Part shown: one piece after another, positions 12,795 to 25,435 of the stretch
Position numbering within the stretch: position 1 is the first letter of the stretch
How the letters are laid out: every line of letters starts with the position of its first letter
Assembly: GCA_051294905.1 (NCBI GenBank)
Contig: CM119372.1
Span: forward strand, 248,001 to 312,000
DNA from: Botryllus schlosseri
Taxonomy: Eukaryota
Reading direction: 5' to 3'
DNA length: 64,000 nt
Translations under genes and position numbers: made by a program
The notes under the pieces: generated by a model
The model's database searches: none
Seen by the model: the letters and a program-made list of their open reading frames with translations, nothing else
Told to the model about the DNA's origin: nothing

Positions 12795-13865
12795 ATGCTG
12801 TGTCGATTTTGTTCTCATCGTGCAACATTGGTCAGAAGATTGTCAACGGCCGTCGATGCGTGTTCCGTTAAAAAACGAGTCGTTTTCTCCGGCATACAGC
12901 CGACAGGAGTGCCTCATTTGGGGAATTACTTGGGAGCACTGAAACTATGGGTTGATCTACAATCGGATACCGGAGATATTTTTTATTCCATCGTAGATTT
13001 GCACGCTTTAACAGTACCAAGAGAAAAACCGATTTATCAAAAAAGTTTGGCGACTGCGGCTTGCTTATTAGCTTGTGGCGTGGACCCAAAGCGCTGCGTT
13101 ATATTCAAACAATCTGACGTGCCAGAGCATGGGGCTCTATCTTGGGTTTTGTCGTGTCTTGTGCAACAGAGTATCTTGAAACATATGATTCAGTGGAAAG
13201 AGAAATCAAAGGCAAATCGTAGAGCCGGAAATCTCGGGCTTTTCACCTATCCTATTCTACAATGCGCTGATATTTTACTTTACAAAGCAACGCACGTGCC
13301 GGTGGGTGAAGACCAAAAACAACATCTAGAACTTTGTCAAGAAGTAGCGAAGTCTTTCAATCGCGAATATGGAGATTTTTTTGACGTGCCTGAATGTATT
13401 CAGTATAGCGATGCTAAAAAAATTAAGAGTCTACGTGATCCTTTGTCGAAAATGAGTAAAAGTGACCGTTCTGAGCTTGGAAAAATAAACCTGACCGACT
13501 CTGATGACGAAATCTGGCTGAAAATCAAACGAGCCATCACTGATAACACCTCATCTGTAACTTTTGAGCCTAAAAGACGGCCGGGAGTGTCAAATTTGAT
13601 CCAAATTCACTCCTGTATATCAGGAATGTCGGTCGAAGAAATTTGTTCGAAATCTGAAAATCTTGAAACTGGACAATATAAAATGGCTGTCGCCGAAAGG
13701 GTTATCGATCATATTCGACCGATTCGAACTGAATATGAGAAACTTATAACTGATCGAGGATACGTTGAGAAGACGGTGCTGGAAGGGGGCCGGGCGGCAA
13801 GGGTAATTGCCGCAACAACCTGGGACGATGTCACTAAATTGATTGGCCTACATGCGTCGCATTGA
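12795..13865 (+). CDS. WARS2: Mitochondrial tryptophanyl-tRNA synthetase, single coding exon, 356 aa
   Basis: Arg-rich N-terminal presequence; FSGIQPTG, HLGNY (HIGH motif), VDLHALT, GLFTYPILQCADILLY, VPVGEDQ, KMSKS and RPGVSNL. Confidence 0.97.
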   Translation: MLCRFCSHRATLVRRLSTAVDACSVKKRVVFSGIQPTGVPHLGNYLGALKLWVDLQSDTGDIFYSIVDLHALTVPREKPIYQKSLATAACLLACGVDPKRCVIFKQSDVPEHGALSWVLSCLVQQSILKHMIQWKEKSKANRRAGNLGLFTYPILQCADILLYKATHVPVGEDQKQHLELCQEVAKSFNREYGDFFDVPECIQYSDAKKIKSLRDPLSKMSKSDRSELGKINLTDSDDEIWLKIKRAITDNTSSVTFEPKRRPGVSNLIQIHSCISGMSVEEICSKSENLETGQYKMAVAERVIDHIRPIRTEYEKLITDRGYVEKTVLEGGRAARVIAATTWDDVTKLIGLHASH

Positions 13866-14185
13866 CATCGACTATGGAGCTGGGCACGGTGATTCGAACA
13901 CTCAAATCTGAATCGAGAAATAACTCTAATGATTCTAGTAAGGAGAAATGATTTTGTTGAGTCCTTGCCACTAATAGTTCATTTATCAACGAGAATTACA
14001 ATTCTGATGGTATTTTCCACTGTGGCAGCCTTGAAATCTAAATTGGTCGCTAACCAATAAAAGTACCTCCAAGTAGGCTTCGCATACTCTCAGTACTTAC
14101 TCGAGTGGTTATGATTTTAGACAATGATATAATCAATAGTCTTCACATTATATTTTCATCTGAACAAGACACACACAAAGTACAT

Positions 14186-15720
14186 CAGAGGTGGTCAAAG
14201 TAGCCAAAAAAGCTACTCAAGTAGAAGCAGCGACGGAAAAATCTACTCAAGTACTAGAAGTAGTAGTGTTGAAAGCAACCTAAAACTACTTGAAGTAGAA
14301 GTGGATTTGACTGACTTTAAATCTACTCAAGTAAGTAAGCAGTTGTGAAAACGGTGGTAATTCGTTCGCATGGACTGTCAAAAGCTGCAAATTAAGCTAT
14401 GCGGAAGGTGCAGAGAGCTTGATTTATATTGATGCATCCCAAGAGGCATCAATTTTCGACAGAATAAGTGTTCGTCTGCATCATGGGATGTAAATAATAG
14501 TACTGATATAGAAATGCGATACTAATCCTTTCTTTACTCTAACACCCCGTTTTAGTAAATAGCACGGCATGGCGGTCATGGCGCCCTTCCCCATATTATA
14601 AGGCCCCTAGTTTAGTCAAAGAGCAACACGGAGATGTTATATCGGATACGGCTTTAACACTTTGTTTGATCAGTAGGCTAGACGTTAATTAAAAATCTGG
14701 TGGACCGTAAAAATGCCATATAGTGTAGCTTTATTTTCGGAAAATATGGGCATTACCACACTTGCTTTTATTCCTGCTGAACATGTGTGTTCTCCAGACA
14801 AAAGAACTGTAATGAATTAGAACTCAAAGTATAATACTCGTAATTAAAAGAGAAATACAAATACTACTAAAAAGCAAGCATGACTCTTGTCCAGAAAGTT
14901 TCAACTGTGGTCTGCTAAAACGGGTCTAACGCTAAAAAAAAGTCGAAGTCCACTTTTCCAGAGTAGGACACGTCATGGGCTGCTAGATTACGATATGATA
15001 GGTAATTGCTAGAGTGGGAAACGGTAGTTTGAAACCTTATAGTAGGTCATATTTAGTGTGATGAAATATTTGATATAGAGAGAGAGAGATATGGTATTTT
15101 TTTTCGCCTGCACCATCGAGATGCTATGACGACGGAGTTGCGATACGACCCCATGAGGTCATCTAGTCTGTGACCCCGTTTTTTTTCTTCTCCTCCATGC
15201 TATCCGTGATTGCTGAGCGCCTAGCAGGATAGCTGCGGATACCAATTTTCGAGATTTTGGTATGACCCGGCCGGGGATCAAACCCACGACCTACCGCTCG
15301 AGAAGCCGGACGCATAACCATTACACTATCTCGCTCGATATAGGCGACAATGCGGTGTGAACGGAATCACGCAACCCGGTATCTAAATTATATTCACCGA
15401 TACTTTCGTTAATAGATATTTGCAACTCCATATCTACTGTGCGCGAAGCGCAACGAAAATTCTTGGCTTTACATGACTTTTATGAAAATAAAATGTTGGT
15501 ACACCGCGAAAACAGCCCCGAAATTCCTTAGGCTATCTTTCTTATCGGAGGATTAAGCTACCTCTACTTGACAAACTGAAAATAGCGAAAAGTAAGTACT
15601 TCACTAAATATTACAGAGTAGAAGTAGTGAAAGAATACCTACTTGAGTAATTGCCAGAAGAAGAGGAAACTACTTGAGTACTTCGAAAAAGTAGAAGTAC
15701 TTCGTTACTGATCACCTCTG
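14186..15720. mobile_element. Non-autonomous DNA transposon with TACTCAAGTAGAAG subterminal repeats
   Basis: TIR CAGAGGTGGTCA/TGATCACCTCTG; no clear TSD. Relatives at about 15880-16096, 17472-19440, 46660-47085 and 60840-63640. Confidence 0.65.
15079..15336 (-). mobile_element. tRNA-derived SINE with MetaSINE-like central domain and (TC)n tail
   Basis: Minus strand has A/B boxes (TAGTGTAATGG...GGTTTGATCCC), then GGTCATACCAAAA..AAAATTGGTATC..GCTAGGCGCTCAGCA. TSD GATATAG. The empty site is visible in the host-repeat copy near 63615-63635. Meta-domain assignment is from memory. Confidence 0.8.
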
Positions 15721-16536
15721 CACAATGCGATGTAATGAACAGATAGGAGGATTCCGAACAACCGTTTGCGGTTGCAGTAGCGGTTTCTTACACCGGCATC
15801 CACATCGGACTAGTGCCCGACGTCGCAATTCTTATTTTGATGTTCGTCACTATTGCTCTTTCTTGCACTACTTCTAAATGTTCATTTTTTGGTAAAACCA
15901 GGCCTCTAGAATGCTTGAAAGTATTTCTACTTTCAAAGTACTCCAAGTAGGTTAAAATACTAATTTTACTTGACAGTTCCTAGGTAAAACTAGGCCTAGA
16001 GCACCTGCTTGGAATTCTCTGCTTCTACTTGAGTAGATATTTGTGATGTTAATTCTACGAATTGAGTACCAATGATGTCTACTTTGACCACCTCAGGCCG
16101 TATCACTACATACAAAGCATGTAGTACAAAACTATGCAGTTACTAGAAATGACATATCTGTGAAGTGATCAATCCACAGCATTGTCTTGAAGTGCAATGA
16201 AATAGGGCACGGTCGAACAAATACCAAATCATCATTGATGTAATCTAAAACTGGAGTTTACATATCATTCAGACGATTATAAAGCTGGATGTGGGGGATA
16301 CTCGATTCAGAATCAAATCACTCGTGTACTGTTACTTTCTGATAATTTATGTAGACTAAAGCTATGCTGTGTAGATTTTGATCATCAAACTCTGTTTAAA
16401 AACAAATATGACATCACTGTCGCTGGCATGAGAATTTGAGTAATCAGGGCTATTGCTAGATTATGATTGTACGTTATTATTCGATTGTATGCTGATTGCT
16501 GACACTTTCTGATCATTTGATCTAGACTAGATAGCT

Positions 16537-17321
16537 ATGCTGTGTCGATTTTGCTCATATCGTGCAACGTTGGTCAGAAGATTGTCAACGGCCATCGATG
16601 CGTGTTCCGTTAAAAAAACGAGTCGTTTTCTCCGGCATACAGCCAACAGGAGTGCCTCATTTGGGGACTTACTTGGGAGCGCTAAAACTTTGGATTGATC
16701 TACAATCGTATGCAGGAGACATTTTTTATTCCGTCGTAGATTTGCATGCCTTAACTGTACCAACAGAAAAAGCGATTTATCAAGATAGTTTGAAGATTGT
16801 GGCTTGTTTGATAGCATGCGGCATAGACCCTAAACGATGCGTTGTGTTCAAACAATCAGATGTGCCAGAGCATGGGGCTCTATCTTGGATTTTATCGTGT
16901 CTTTTGCAGCAGAGTGTTTTAAAACATATGATCGAATGGAAAGAGAAATCAAAAGCGAATCGTAGGGCTGGAAACCTCGGACTTTTCACGAATCCTGTTC
17001 TACAATGCGCTGATATTTTACTATACAAAGCAACACATGTGCCGGTGGGTGAAGACCAAAAACAGCATCTGGAACTTTGTCAAGAAGTAGCAAAGTCTTT
17101 CAATCGCGAATACGGAGATTTTTTTGATGTGCCGGAATGCATTCATTATAGCGATGCTAAAAAAAATTAAGAGTCTACGAGATCCTTTGTTGAAAATGAG
17201 CAAAAGCGACCGATCTGAGGTCGGAAAAATGAATATGACCGACTCAGATGATGAGATTTGGTTGAAAATCAAAAGAGCCGTCACTGATAATACTTCGTCT
17301 GTAACTTCGTCTGTAACTTTC
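16537..17321 (+). pseudogene. WARS2: Tandem duplicate of WARS2, frameshifted and C-terminally truncated
   Basis: Colinear with 12795-13565. +1 A in homopolymers at about 16612-16618 and 17159-17166, a 12-bp tandem duplication at about 17296-17319, then loss of the last ~100 codons. Flanking homology covers about 16430-16536 and 17330-17468. Confidence 0.9.
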
Positions 17322-17621
17322 CACTGGCTGATTCCAATAGTGAGAGATGATTTTTTCGATTAGGCTACTGAAAAGATAAGCTCCTTGCCACTAATCGATA
17401 ATTTATCAACAAAAATTATAGTTTCGATGCTATTCCAATGCGGCAGCCTTGAAATCTAAACTGGTCGCATTCAGAGGTGGTCACTGGTCAGTAACGGAGT
17501 ACTTCTACTTTTCAAAGTACTCAAGCAGATTTTACTTGCTCAACTTAAGTGCTTATGATTTTAGACTACTTTTAATTCACGGTTTCTTAGGTAAAACCAG
17601 GCCTAGAATACTACTAGAAAG

Positions 17622-18587
17622 TAGGGGAGATGTGGTACCGATGGATCAAAAATTGGAAAATGATCGCTGGCCCCGAAATGTTCAGCCGAAAACAGCAGAT
17701 CTTTTGCTGGCTCAGCACTTTGATACAAGCTCTACCTATCGCGCACATATACATGAATATCCGTCTTTTCAAAAAATATTTATGGACGTTCAAAATTTGT
17801 TGCTCGAACGTGTCATCGGTCCCCACCCGGTGGGTCCAATGACACAAGACCCGGGGACCTATGACACATATACCATAAAAAAGTCAAATGTGACTACTTT
17901 TCTTGCTCAGTATTATAATCTAAGCTGCATCAAGCCAAAGAAGAATGTTAGGTCGCAACTGTCAAAAAATAGAATAAATATTAACTCAAATGTTGTAATA
18001 AAATCACGTTTCGATTTAGGCTCGGACTTATAAATTTGTGTGTACATACATATTGCCCGAAAATCGACAGTGTGACTTCCAAATACTTCGTTATAGCGAT
18101 AAAACATCATATGCAATTATTACATAAAGATTTTCTGTACGTAGGCATGTTTCATTTATTTCATGATTAGTATGCTTGATTATTTTGCTTGATTTGGCTA
18201 TTGTATCATCGGTCCCCACCCTACGAATTTTATACATGAATCGAAAAAAAGTCCACTCAAGTAAAGTACTGAAAAAAATAATAGGTGCCATTATATAGCC
18301 TGATACAAGCCCTACACTTCACAATAAAAATGATTGCTGGTTTGTTCGTGTTGAAGGTTACAAAGAAAAATGTATATGTCGATCTAAATTTAGTTTAGAC
18401 CCCCCAAAACAAAAATCAGCTGTGGGAGACCCCATAGCTCGCGCACGTCGAATTTCTTTGTATGTGAGGAAAGATTTTGCCAGCATGCAATTGTAGACAA
18501 GATTACGGAGTGTAATCATGGAATTATCATAGAGAATTTTCAAAGTATTTTCGGTCCCAGTGATCCAACGGTACCACATCTCCCCTA
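17622..18587. mobile_element. TA-flanked non-autonomous DNA transposon
   Basis: TIR TAGGGGAGATGTGGTACCGATGGATCA / TGATCCAACGGTACCACATCTCCCCTA. Confidence 0.8.
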
Positions 18588-18627
18588 CTTAATTCTATTT
18601 TTCGAAGTAATTCAAGTAGATTTAGAC

Positions 18628-19310
18628 CAGGCGTGGGCAACCTGCGGCCGTAGAAGGGAATTTGTGCTGCCGTCGACACGTAATTCAATTGCTAGGCCTA
18701 TGTGTTAGCGGCCGTTTTACTTCATTTTGAAATTTTCTTCGCGCTCTGCGCGATTCAATGCGCCTTTGTTTTTCGATTTTATTATAGTGGCTCCCCAACC
18801 GTAATTGGAATCGTGTGCTCCTCACGGCAGAAATTTATTTCTGGTACATTTGGCCGATTCCAATATATTTTTACTATACCTGATGCAGGGTCAAGAAATA
18901 ACAGCATGTAACAAAGTTACTAATAACAATTGACCCACCCGAAGATGCATTTATCATTTATAACTTGCCCTACATTACCGGTTACTCTGATCAGAGAAAG
19001 GATAAATATTTGACAGTAATATGCGATACTGCTACTATTAATGACGGAATCCATTCGGGAATCTGAAAATTTTTCAGCCCGACCATACCCAATCCCAGTA
19101 ACTATTCATAACATTACCACTCTCGATTTCGGTGCGTATAATAGGCCGATGTAAGAAAAGTTAAATAGCCCAGAGTTCACCGGAAATGGACAGTTTAACA
19201 TAGGTATTTTGCGTCCAGTTAGTAAATTACGGCTATGCCCTAGAATGCGGCTGTAGGCTAATAAGTAATCGAAATGCGGCCGTGATCAGCAAAAAAGTTG
19301 CCTACCTCTG
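18628..19310. mobile_element. Buster/Charlie-type hAT MITE
   Basis: Ends CAGGCGTGGGCAAC / GTTGCCTACCTCTG; inverted relative of 23897-24360; TSD degraded. Confidence 0.7.
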
Positions 19311-20990
19311 GTTAGGACTCTTGATTTTACTTGACAGTTCTTATGCAACACTGGGGCTAGAATATCGGTACTTACTTTTTGACTCGGACTTACACTCTGC
19401 TTCTACTTGAGTAGAAATTTGGTACGTTACTTCTACGACTACAAGTAGGCTATCACTCTTTATGATGCCACAACTGTATGAATGTGTCAAGTTCAAACAG
19501 GGCTGTAATGACTGGACTCGAGTCACGATTTTTTGGTGACTTGACTTGGCTAGAGACATTCTTTCAAATGCGTAAAATTACTGAACTCGACACAGACTTG
19601 TATTTCCAGTAACGAGCATAGCTTTGTACTTTGTATACTTTCGTATGCTGCGACACGACCAATCTTGATTTCAAGCCTTCCACGGTGGAAACTATAATTT
19701 CAGTACTTGGAAAAATCGTCTTTCACTGCTCGAATCGAATCATCGAACTTCATGCTCAATTCAGCTTCAAGTACCTACTCAAATGATTGTGCCTAGCCCT
19801 GCTCAACTATCCCGCCTCGTGATTAAACCAGTCAATTTGTCTGGGCGACTTTATTTGCGTGTGACACATTCAGTCTGATACAATCAATATATATGTTAAA
19901 TTGTCACAAAATTACAGATGTGATTGATAATTTACTCGTTTACTGTAAATAGCGACGGAAAATTTGCCCCACCGGTAGTTGAAACTGCTGGACGGGACGG
20001 AATCCACATTTGAACAAGAAAATAACTAGAAACGCACACATGCCTTAGAGCGCAGTCTTTCAGACTAACATATCAACATCAGAATTAGGCTCAGGCATTA
20101 CAAGTTGATTTTGACACACATGCCTGAAGTCGTTTAAAGTTGAGTACCAACATCAGATATATAAGCTCAGGCGTTAACTTGATTTTTCAGTGCCAAGTTC
20201 GACTAAAGACGGCTAATCTACGGATAGATGCGAATCACCAGAAAAGGCTAGCAATGTATGGTAGCTTCGTAAACTAACATGGTAACGGAAGACTCTTTGA
20301 GGTGCAGCACTTCAATATAGAATTTAATTGTATATTCGTATTAACATATCCCCTGGTCTATGCCGAGTATCAGCCAAAGATAATTCGGTTTAGTTTCAAT
20401 ATGAATATATTATTCAAATATCGTCGCGAATCAAAGTAGATTATGTCCATTTTTTCAAATTTTGAGACCCGTTTGACAAATCTATCGCAAATGAAGTTTT
20501 GTAAAACTAATTTTTCAGCCATTTCTTGAGCATACTTATGTTTATCATGTTTCAAAGTGAATCATGGCCAAGTCAATTTTCTCCAAATGAGTAAAATGCT
20601 ACTTTTATTCCACAGCGACGATTTGGTAATCTTATAGCTTGCGACTCTAGCTCAAAAATGATCTCGGACGAAGGCTACCGTCACACAATTATAATCTAGC
20701 CAGGACACTCAACTGTCCCACCAAAATTGCTGAGAAGTCAAAAAATGTTTCAAACAATCAGAGCACCACAACAAAATGACCAATTGTGAGGCCTCAATCA
20801 TTTGCAACAATGCCAACTTCTGGCTCTATCTGGTCCGCATCAATCCGCGGGCTAGTTATCTACAGTGCAACTTGCAACACATCTACTGATTAGGTAACAG
20901 GCTAATTGTCCAGCAACCAGAGTCTCAATTTGAGCCATGCGCGTGGTACTCTTTTGGGAAGGAATTTTCATCCAATCTTGACACATCGAT

Positions 20991-22578
20991 TCAATCCATT
21001 TTCAAATTCACATAAATGTAGCGAATAAACTTCAAGGACGCGAAAAACGACACCGTTCCTAGCATCAAAAAAAAGGCGAAACACGTCAATATTGTGTAAC
21101 CGAAAAACTCCACACTTTGCACAACGCCGGACATGTTTGACCTTCGTAAGTAGAAGAAGGTCGCGTATACAAAAACAAAAAATCCAGTCGAACCAGCGCT
21201 GAAAATGGACCTCCACCACCAACGGTAGTCTTCGGAGCTAAGTTGAAAGTAAGTGAGAGCCACTGAGATGCAGGCAGACACGGATAACACAATACCAAAC
21301 ACCAAAAACAGCACTCCGTACAAAGTATACACTTCACGACCCCAAACCGTCGCGAAAATATAGTACAATTCCACAGAAATAGCACTAAATGGCAGAAACC
21401 CACCGAAAACCATGTGAGCCAGAGTCATACGGTACCACGGTTGTGCCGGAATCTCACGAGCTATGTTTTTAGTCCTACAAGGAGCGTCAAAATCGCTCGA
21501 CGTATTTTTTCCCAGTATTCCACCTACTACAGTAAGCGGAAAACCGATCAAAAACCACACAAATGCAATCAACAATACAGTCGTGAATGGTAAAGCTTGG
21601 GTCGACCCGTACACCCAATGTACAGTATTGACCACACTCCACACCGTAAAAAAGGGTGCTGTAAATAGAAGTGACGTGAGGACGATATTAGCGACCCAAT
21701 TGGTACCCAAAAACTTTCTATAATACGAGCTTGAGATATATCCGGACACGCACGACGTCAAAGCATACAAAAGTATAGCTGCCGTATTAATAGAACCGTG
21801 TCTGTGTGGTTTGAACATGCCAAATAATGCCATCAGGATAATACCAGCTCCTATTGACAACAATTGACTGCCGACGCCTAATATAGAACAGAATAAGGAT
21901 TTATACGCTGGAAATCGAAACACATCCGTGTGAATTATCTTCCAACCATTATCATTATCGCTAAATTCAGAAGCTTCCTCATCATCTGCCTTGTTGTAAC
22001 GAGAAAAATCATTCCGCAACACTCTTGTCAGTATCACGATGATAAACCCCATCAAAAGTGACACCAAAACTACTGAATTGATAATAGAAAGCCAGTGGAT
22101 TTCGAGGCTTTTCGGGAAAAAACTATAATCTTTGAGAAGCTTTGCGCGGTCTTTTGGATCTGTATCTGTCTTCTGCCAGACAACCGAGTATTTGTAGGTT
22201 ATCTTGATGGGTGCAGTTTGGTCCAAAGACAGTGGCGCGTGTTCCTTTGTAGTTACGTTAGCGGATACTATTTTATCCCCGTTGTAAGTGAATCGAAATG
22301 TAATGTGGTTGTGCAAGGATAACTTGTGCAGGTGCGGAACCTGCAGGAAACTGGACTCCTCGAATCGGCCGAGAAAGCCGCGCATCGTAAGCTCGTCTGC
22401 CACCATTTCAAAGTAATACAACTCCTCCACTGCGTCGCGGAGTTCTTCGAGATGTTTGGCGTCGACCTCTATGGTGCATAGCTCGGCGTCTTCTTGGTCT
22501 TTGGCAAACTCGATGTTATATTCGGAATATGCCATCCTGTCTCCGTCCAGGACTTCTCCCAGTGTTAAGGATTTGTGT
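20991..22578 (-). CDS. TM9SF1: Transmembrane 9 superfamily member 1, coding exon 2 of 2
   Basis: Acceptor TTTCAG|A CAC AAA TCC gives [17 protein letters not shown]. Motifs [48 protein letters not shown] and C-terminal YIYVNLKMD. Joined CDS is 589 aa. Confidence 0.96.
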
Positions 22579-23685
22579 CTGAAACAGATTCGATTAATAA
22601 TAAATCAATATTTAGCGTCAATTTGACAGTAAAAGATTAGCCGAATGATTCGATTGTGAATCAAGTATTAGGTGTCCAGTATCACTCATTATCAAGGCGA
22701 TGTTTTTTTACCCAAAAAACGGAAGATCTTGATCTGAAGAATTAAAATTTTGACATTTTTTGACCTTAAAAAACTTGAAATTGTCCTACTTATCTTCATT
22801 TCTGGTTCGAACTGCCAGACCTTACGAAGTAGTTTGGCCTGAAAAAACTTTTTTGACTCAAACCGACAAATTTTTACACGAAAAAGCTTCAATTTAACAA
22901 AATGTAGCCCCATGAAGAATTCCAGTATAGTTAAATCACGTATTATGGTAAATATGATTGGGATTCGTAGTAGCCTACAACGAAAGATACTTTTCTACAT
23001 TCTCGGGTAGAAAGTGTCTGTCCATAGTACGTAGCTTGCCGAGAATGGGGAAAGAACGTTCAACAGTATAGCAGGTGTTGGCTGACAACACTGAATTTGT
23101 GCGTACACTGCTGGTGACGATGGTGTCTACATCACCATTTTTCATAATGCGCTTCTTGATATAAGAACCATGCAATGCCAACGAAGTCTTGCTTCAGTTA
23201 GGATATTGCGGTACGTTGAGCAAAACACCATGTTAACATATTTGTTTCATTCACAATGAGCAGACGATGAGCTGTCTACGACGGCAGACCTATAAAGTAG
23301 GCTTCAAGCTGTAAAATGTCAAACGATAAGTTCACCGATAGTGCAAAATCCACGATACAAACGGAATGCAGATTGCAAAAATTTTTTAACTTTTTACTGG
23401 TAGGCCTAGGCTACATGTTCTATTTATGTTGCGATACGACCAATCGGAGTTTCACAGTGGTTTTTGTAAGATCACCTCTTCTTTGGACTTGCGCAAACTC
23501 CTAACTACAACTAAAACTACTCACTTTTCAAAATACTCGGCTGCAACTAGAACAGTGGTTCCCAACCTTTTATGCAGGGCTCGTGTACCACCTATATAAG
23601 TTACGCGCGTTTCCACCATTTATGACGTCCGTACTCACGTATTTGGCCTATGCGAGGTGTATTAACAAATTCTAATAAACTAGGT

Positions 23686-24669
23686 TAGGGATGTCAAACA
23701 TACGGCCCGTGGGCCGGATCCGGCCAGTCAGACGATTTTATCCGACCCGCATAGTAATTCTGAGTACATTGAAAACAGATTATATTATCCATCACATCCA
23801 CATTAATGAATTAAATTACAACATCCGCGTTGGCAGTTAAATATCTTGTATTCATCACAACGCATACGCAGGGCTAACGCCAAATTATGACTAACGCAGG
23901 GGTGGCCAACCTTTTTGCCATTCACGGTCGCAATTCGACCACTCGTGTAGCCTACGGCCGCATTCCATTATGATGCATCTTCAGTGGGCAAATTGGTATT
24001 AGTCACTTTGTAGCATGCCGTTATTTCTTGTCCTCCCATCAGGATTGTTAGTATAGTGAGGAGCACACAATTACACGAGTTGATATTTCCATGTGAGGTG
24101 CATCATTTTCACTGATGTTCGCAGCTGTATTGTGGGGCTCTGATTGCAAAGGGTGCTACTATATTAAAATCGAAAAATGTAGTTGCATTGAATCGCACGC
24201 AGCGCGAAGAAAATTTCAAGATTAATTAAAATCATACAAGAAATCGGGAGTCAATTCGTAAATTCGAATTGCATGTCGACGGCCGCCAACACGTACTAAT
24301 TGAATTGCGTGTCTACGGCCGCACAAATTCCATCTTACGGTCGCAGGTTGGCCACCCCTGGACTAAAGGAAAGAGAACACTGAAATATGACTACTTGTAT
24401 CGCCGGTTTAGCGGTTCTCAACGGTATTCAACCGGACAAACATCGTATTTTCGCCAATTTCATTACTCGCAAATAATGGTGTTGCGACTCGCTAGAATGA
24501 AACACCTACAGTCCGTGTATTATCTATAAATGCTTGATAATGAAGTAGCCTATTCCATCGAGAAGCAATCGCACGAGGCAACATTTTGGATTCCGTTGAC
24601 TGGTCCAGCCCGCGAGCGATTTCATGTCTTCGATCCGGCCCGCGATGCAATTTGAGTTTGACACCCCTG
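23686..24669. mobile_element. hAT MITE, middle layer of the nest
   Basis: Ends TAGGGATGTCAAAC / GTTTGACACCCCTG; TSD AACTAGGT/AACTAGGC. Confidence 0.85.
23897..24360. mobile_element. hAT MITE, inner layer of the nest
   Basis: TIR CAGGGGTGGCCAACCT; TSD GACTAACG/GACTAAAG. Confidence 0.9.
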
Positions 24670-24781
24670 AACTAGGCATTATCAGCCAGGGTTGCTGGGA
24701 TGTATGGAATTGGTTTTTTCACCACCAGTCACAAGAAGAACAACATAATGAAATAAAAACACACAACAAAAGTTAATTTAT

Positions 24782-24990
24782 TTATTGCGATGGCTGCATT
24801 TGTTTAATTTTCACTAGCTTGTCGATGCGTGGCATACGTTTGCTTACAGCGCATCGAAAGTCATGTATGGGCGCAACTAGTCGGTTTCGTTTCTTCGACT
24901 TGATAGTCATCAAAGATGAAAATCCTTGCTCGCATTCCCACGTATAAGGAAAAATTAGCAGCTGGGTAATAGCGTGAGACGACGGCTTCA
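24782..24990 (-). pseudogene. C-terminal fragment of a Buster/Charlie hAT transposase
   Basis: LLIFPYTWECEQGFSSLMTIKSKKRNRL...PRIDKLV..KQMQPSQ is the typical Buster C-terminus. Confidence 0.85.
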
Positions 24991-25435
24991 AAAAACCAAA
25001 AATCACCTGAACTAATTACTCCCTTCGTTCGAAAAAAACAGAATCTACTCGCGTACCACCTGGAAGACCTTCGCGTACCACTAGTGGTACGAATACCACA
25101 GGTTGGGAACCACTGAACTAGAACTACCGTACTGACTTTTAAATGCGCAACTATATTTAGAACAACTCAATTTTCGAAACTCGCAACCTAACTTGGAACT
25201 ACTCACTTTTTAACACTCGCAACTACAACTAGAACTTCTCCTTTTTTTAACCCTCACAAGTATGGCTGGGTAAAATTGAGTACCTGAGTGATTGGATTCT
25301 GAATCACGTATTACGTGTCGAGTATACGAGTATCACTCATTATGATGTCACACTAGAATTGACTATGTCAAAGTTCAATATGTAGGCTACCTTTTATGCC
25401 ACCACAAAGAATGTAATGCGTGTTATCCGTCACAT

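Larger units (their letters stand above)
23553..25115. mobile_element. Internally deleted Buster/Charlie hAT; outer layer of a triple nest
   Basis: TIR CAGTGGTTCCCAACCT; exact TSD AACTAGAA. Confidence 0.9.

Noticed and set aside
12795..13865. Horizontal transfer or bacterial contamination of an intronless bacterial-type TrpRS
   Set aside because: Mitochondrial TrpRS is normally bacterial-type; this one has a presequence and sits among eukaryotic genes and host repeats.
15260..15336. Additional tRNA genes (also 41075-41141 and 61690-61766)
   Set aside because: These are SINE heads: no proper acceptor stem or terminator, and they continue into the SINE body.
16600..17170. Programmed ribosomal frameshifting in the WARS2 duplicate
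   Set aside because: Both shifts are single-A gains in homopolymers that are shorter in the intact copy; slippage or sequencing error is simpler.
17449..18033. 194-aa ORF as a gene
   Set aside because: It spans the junction of two repeats, starts at TTG, and has no recognisable motif.
20991..22535. TM9SF1 as a single-exon 514-aa gene
   Set aside because: Homology continues to the acceptor at 22578 and to the signal-peptide exon at 38392-38573.
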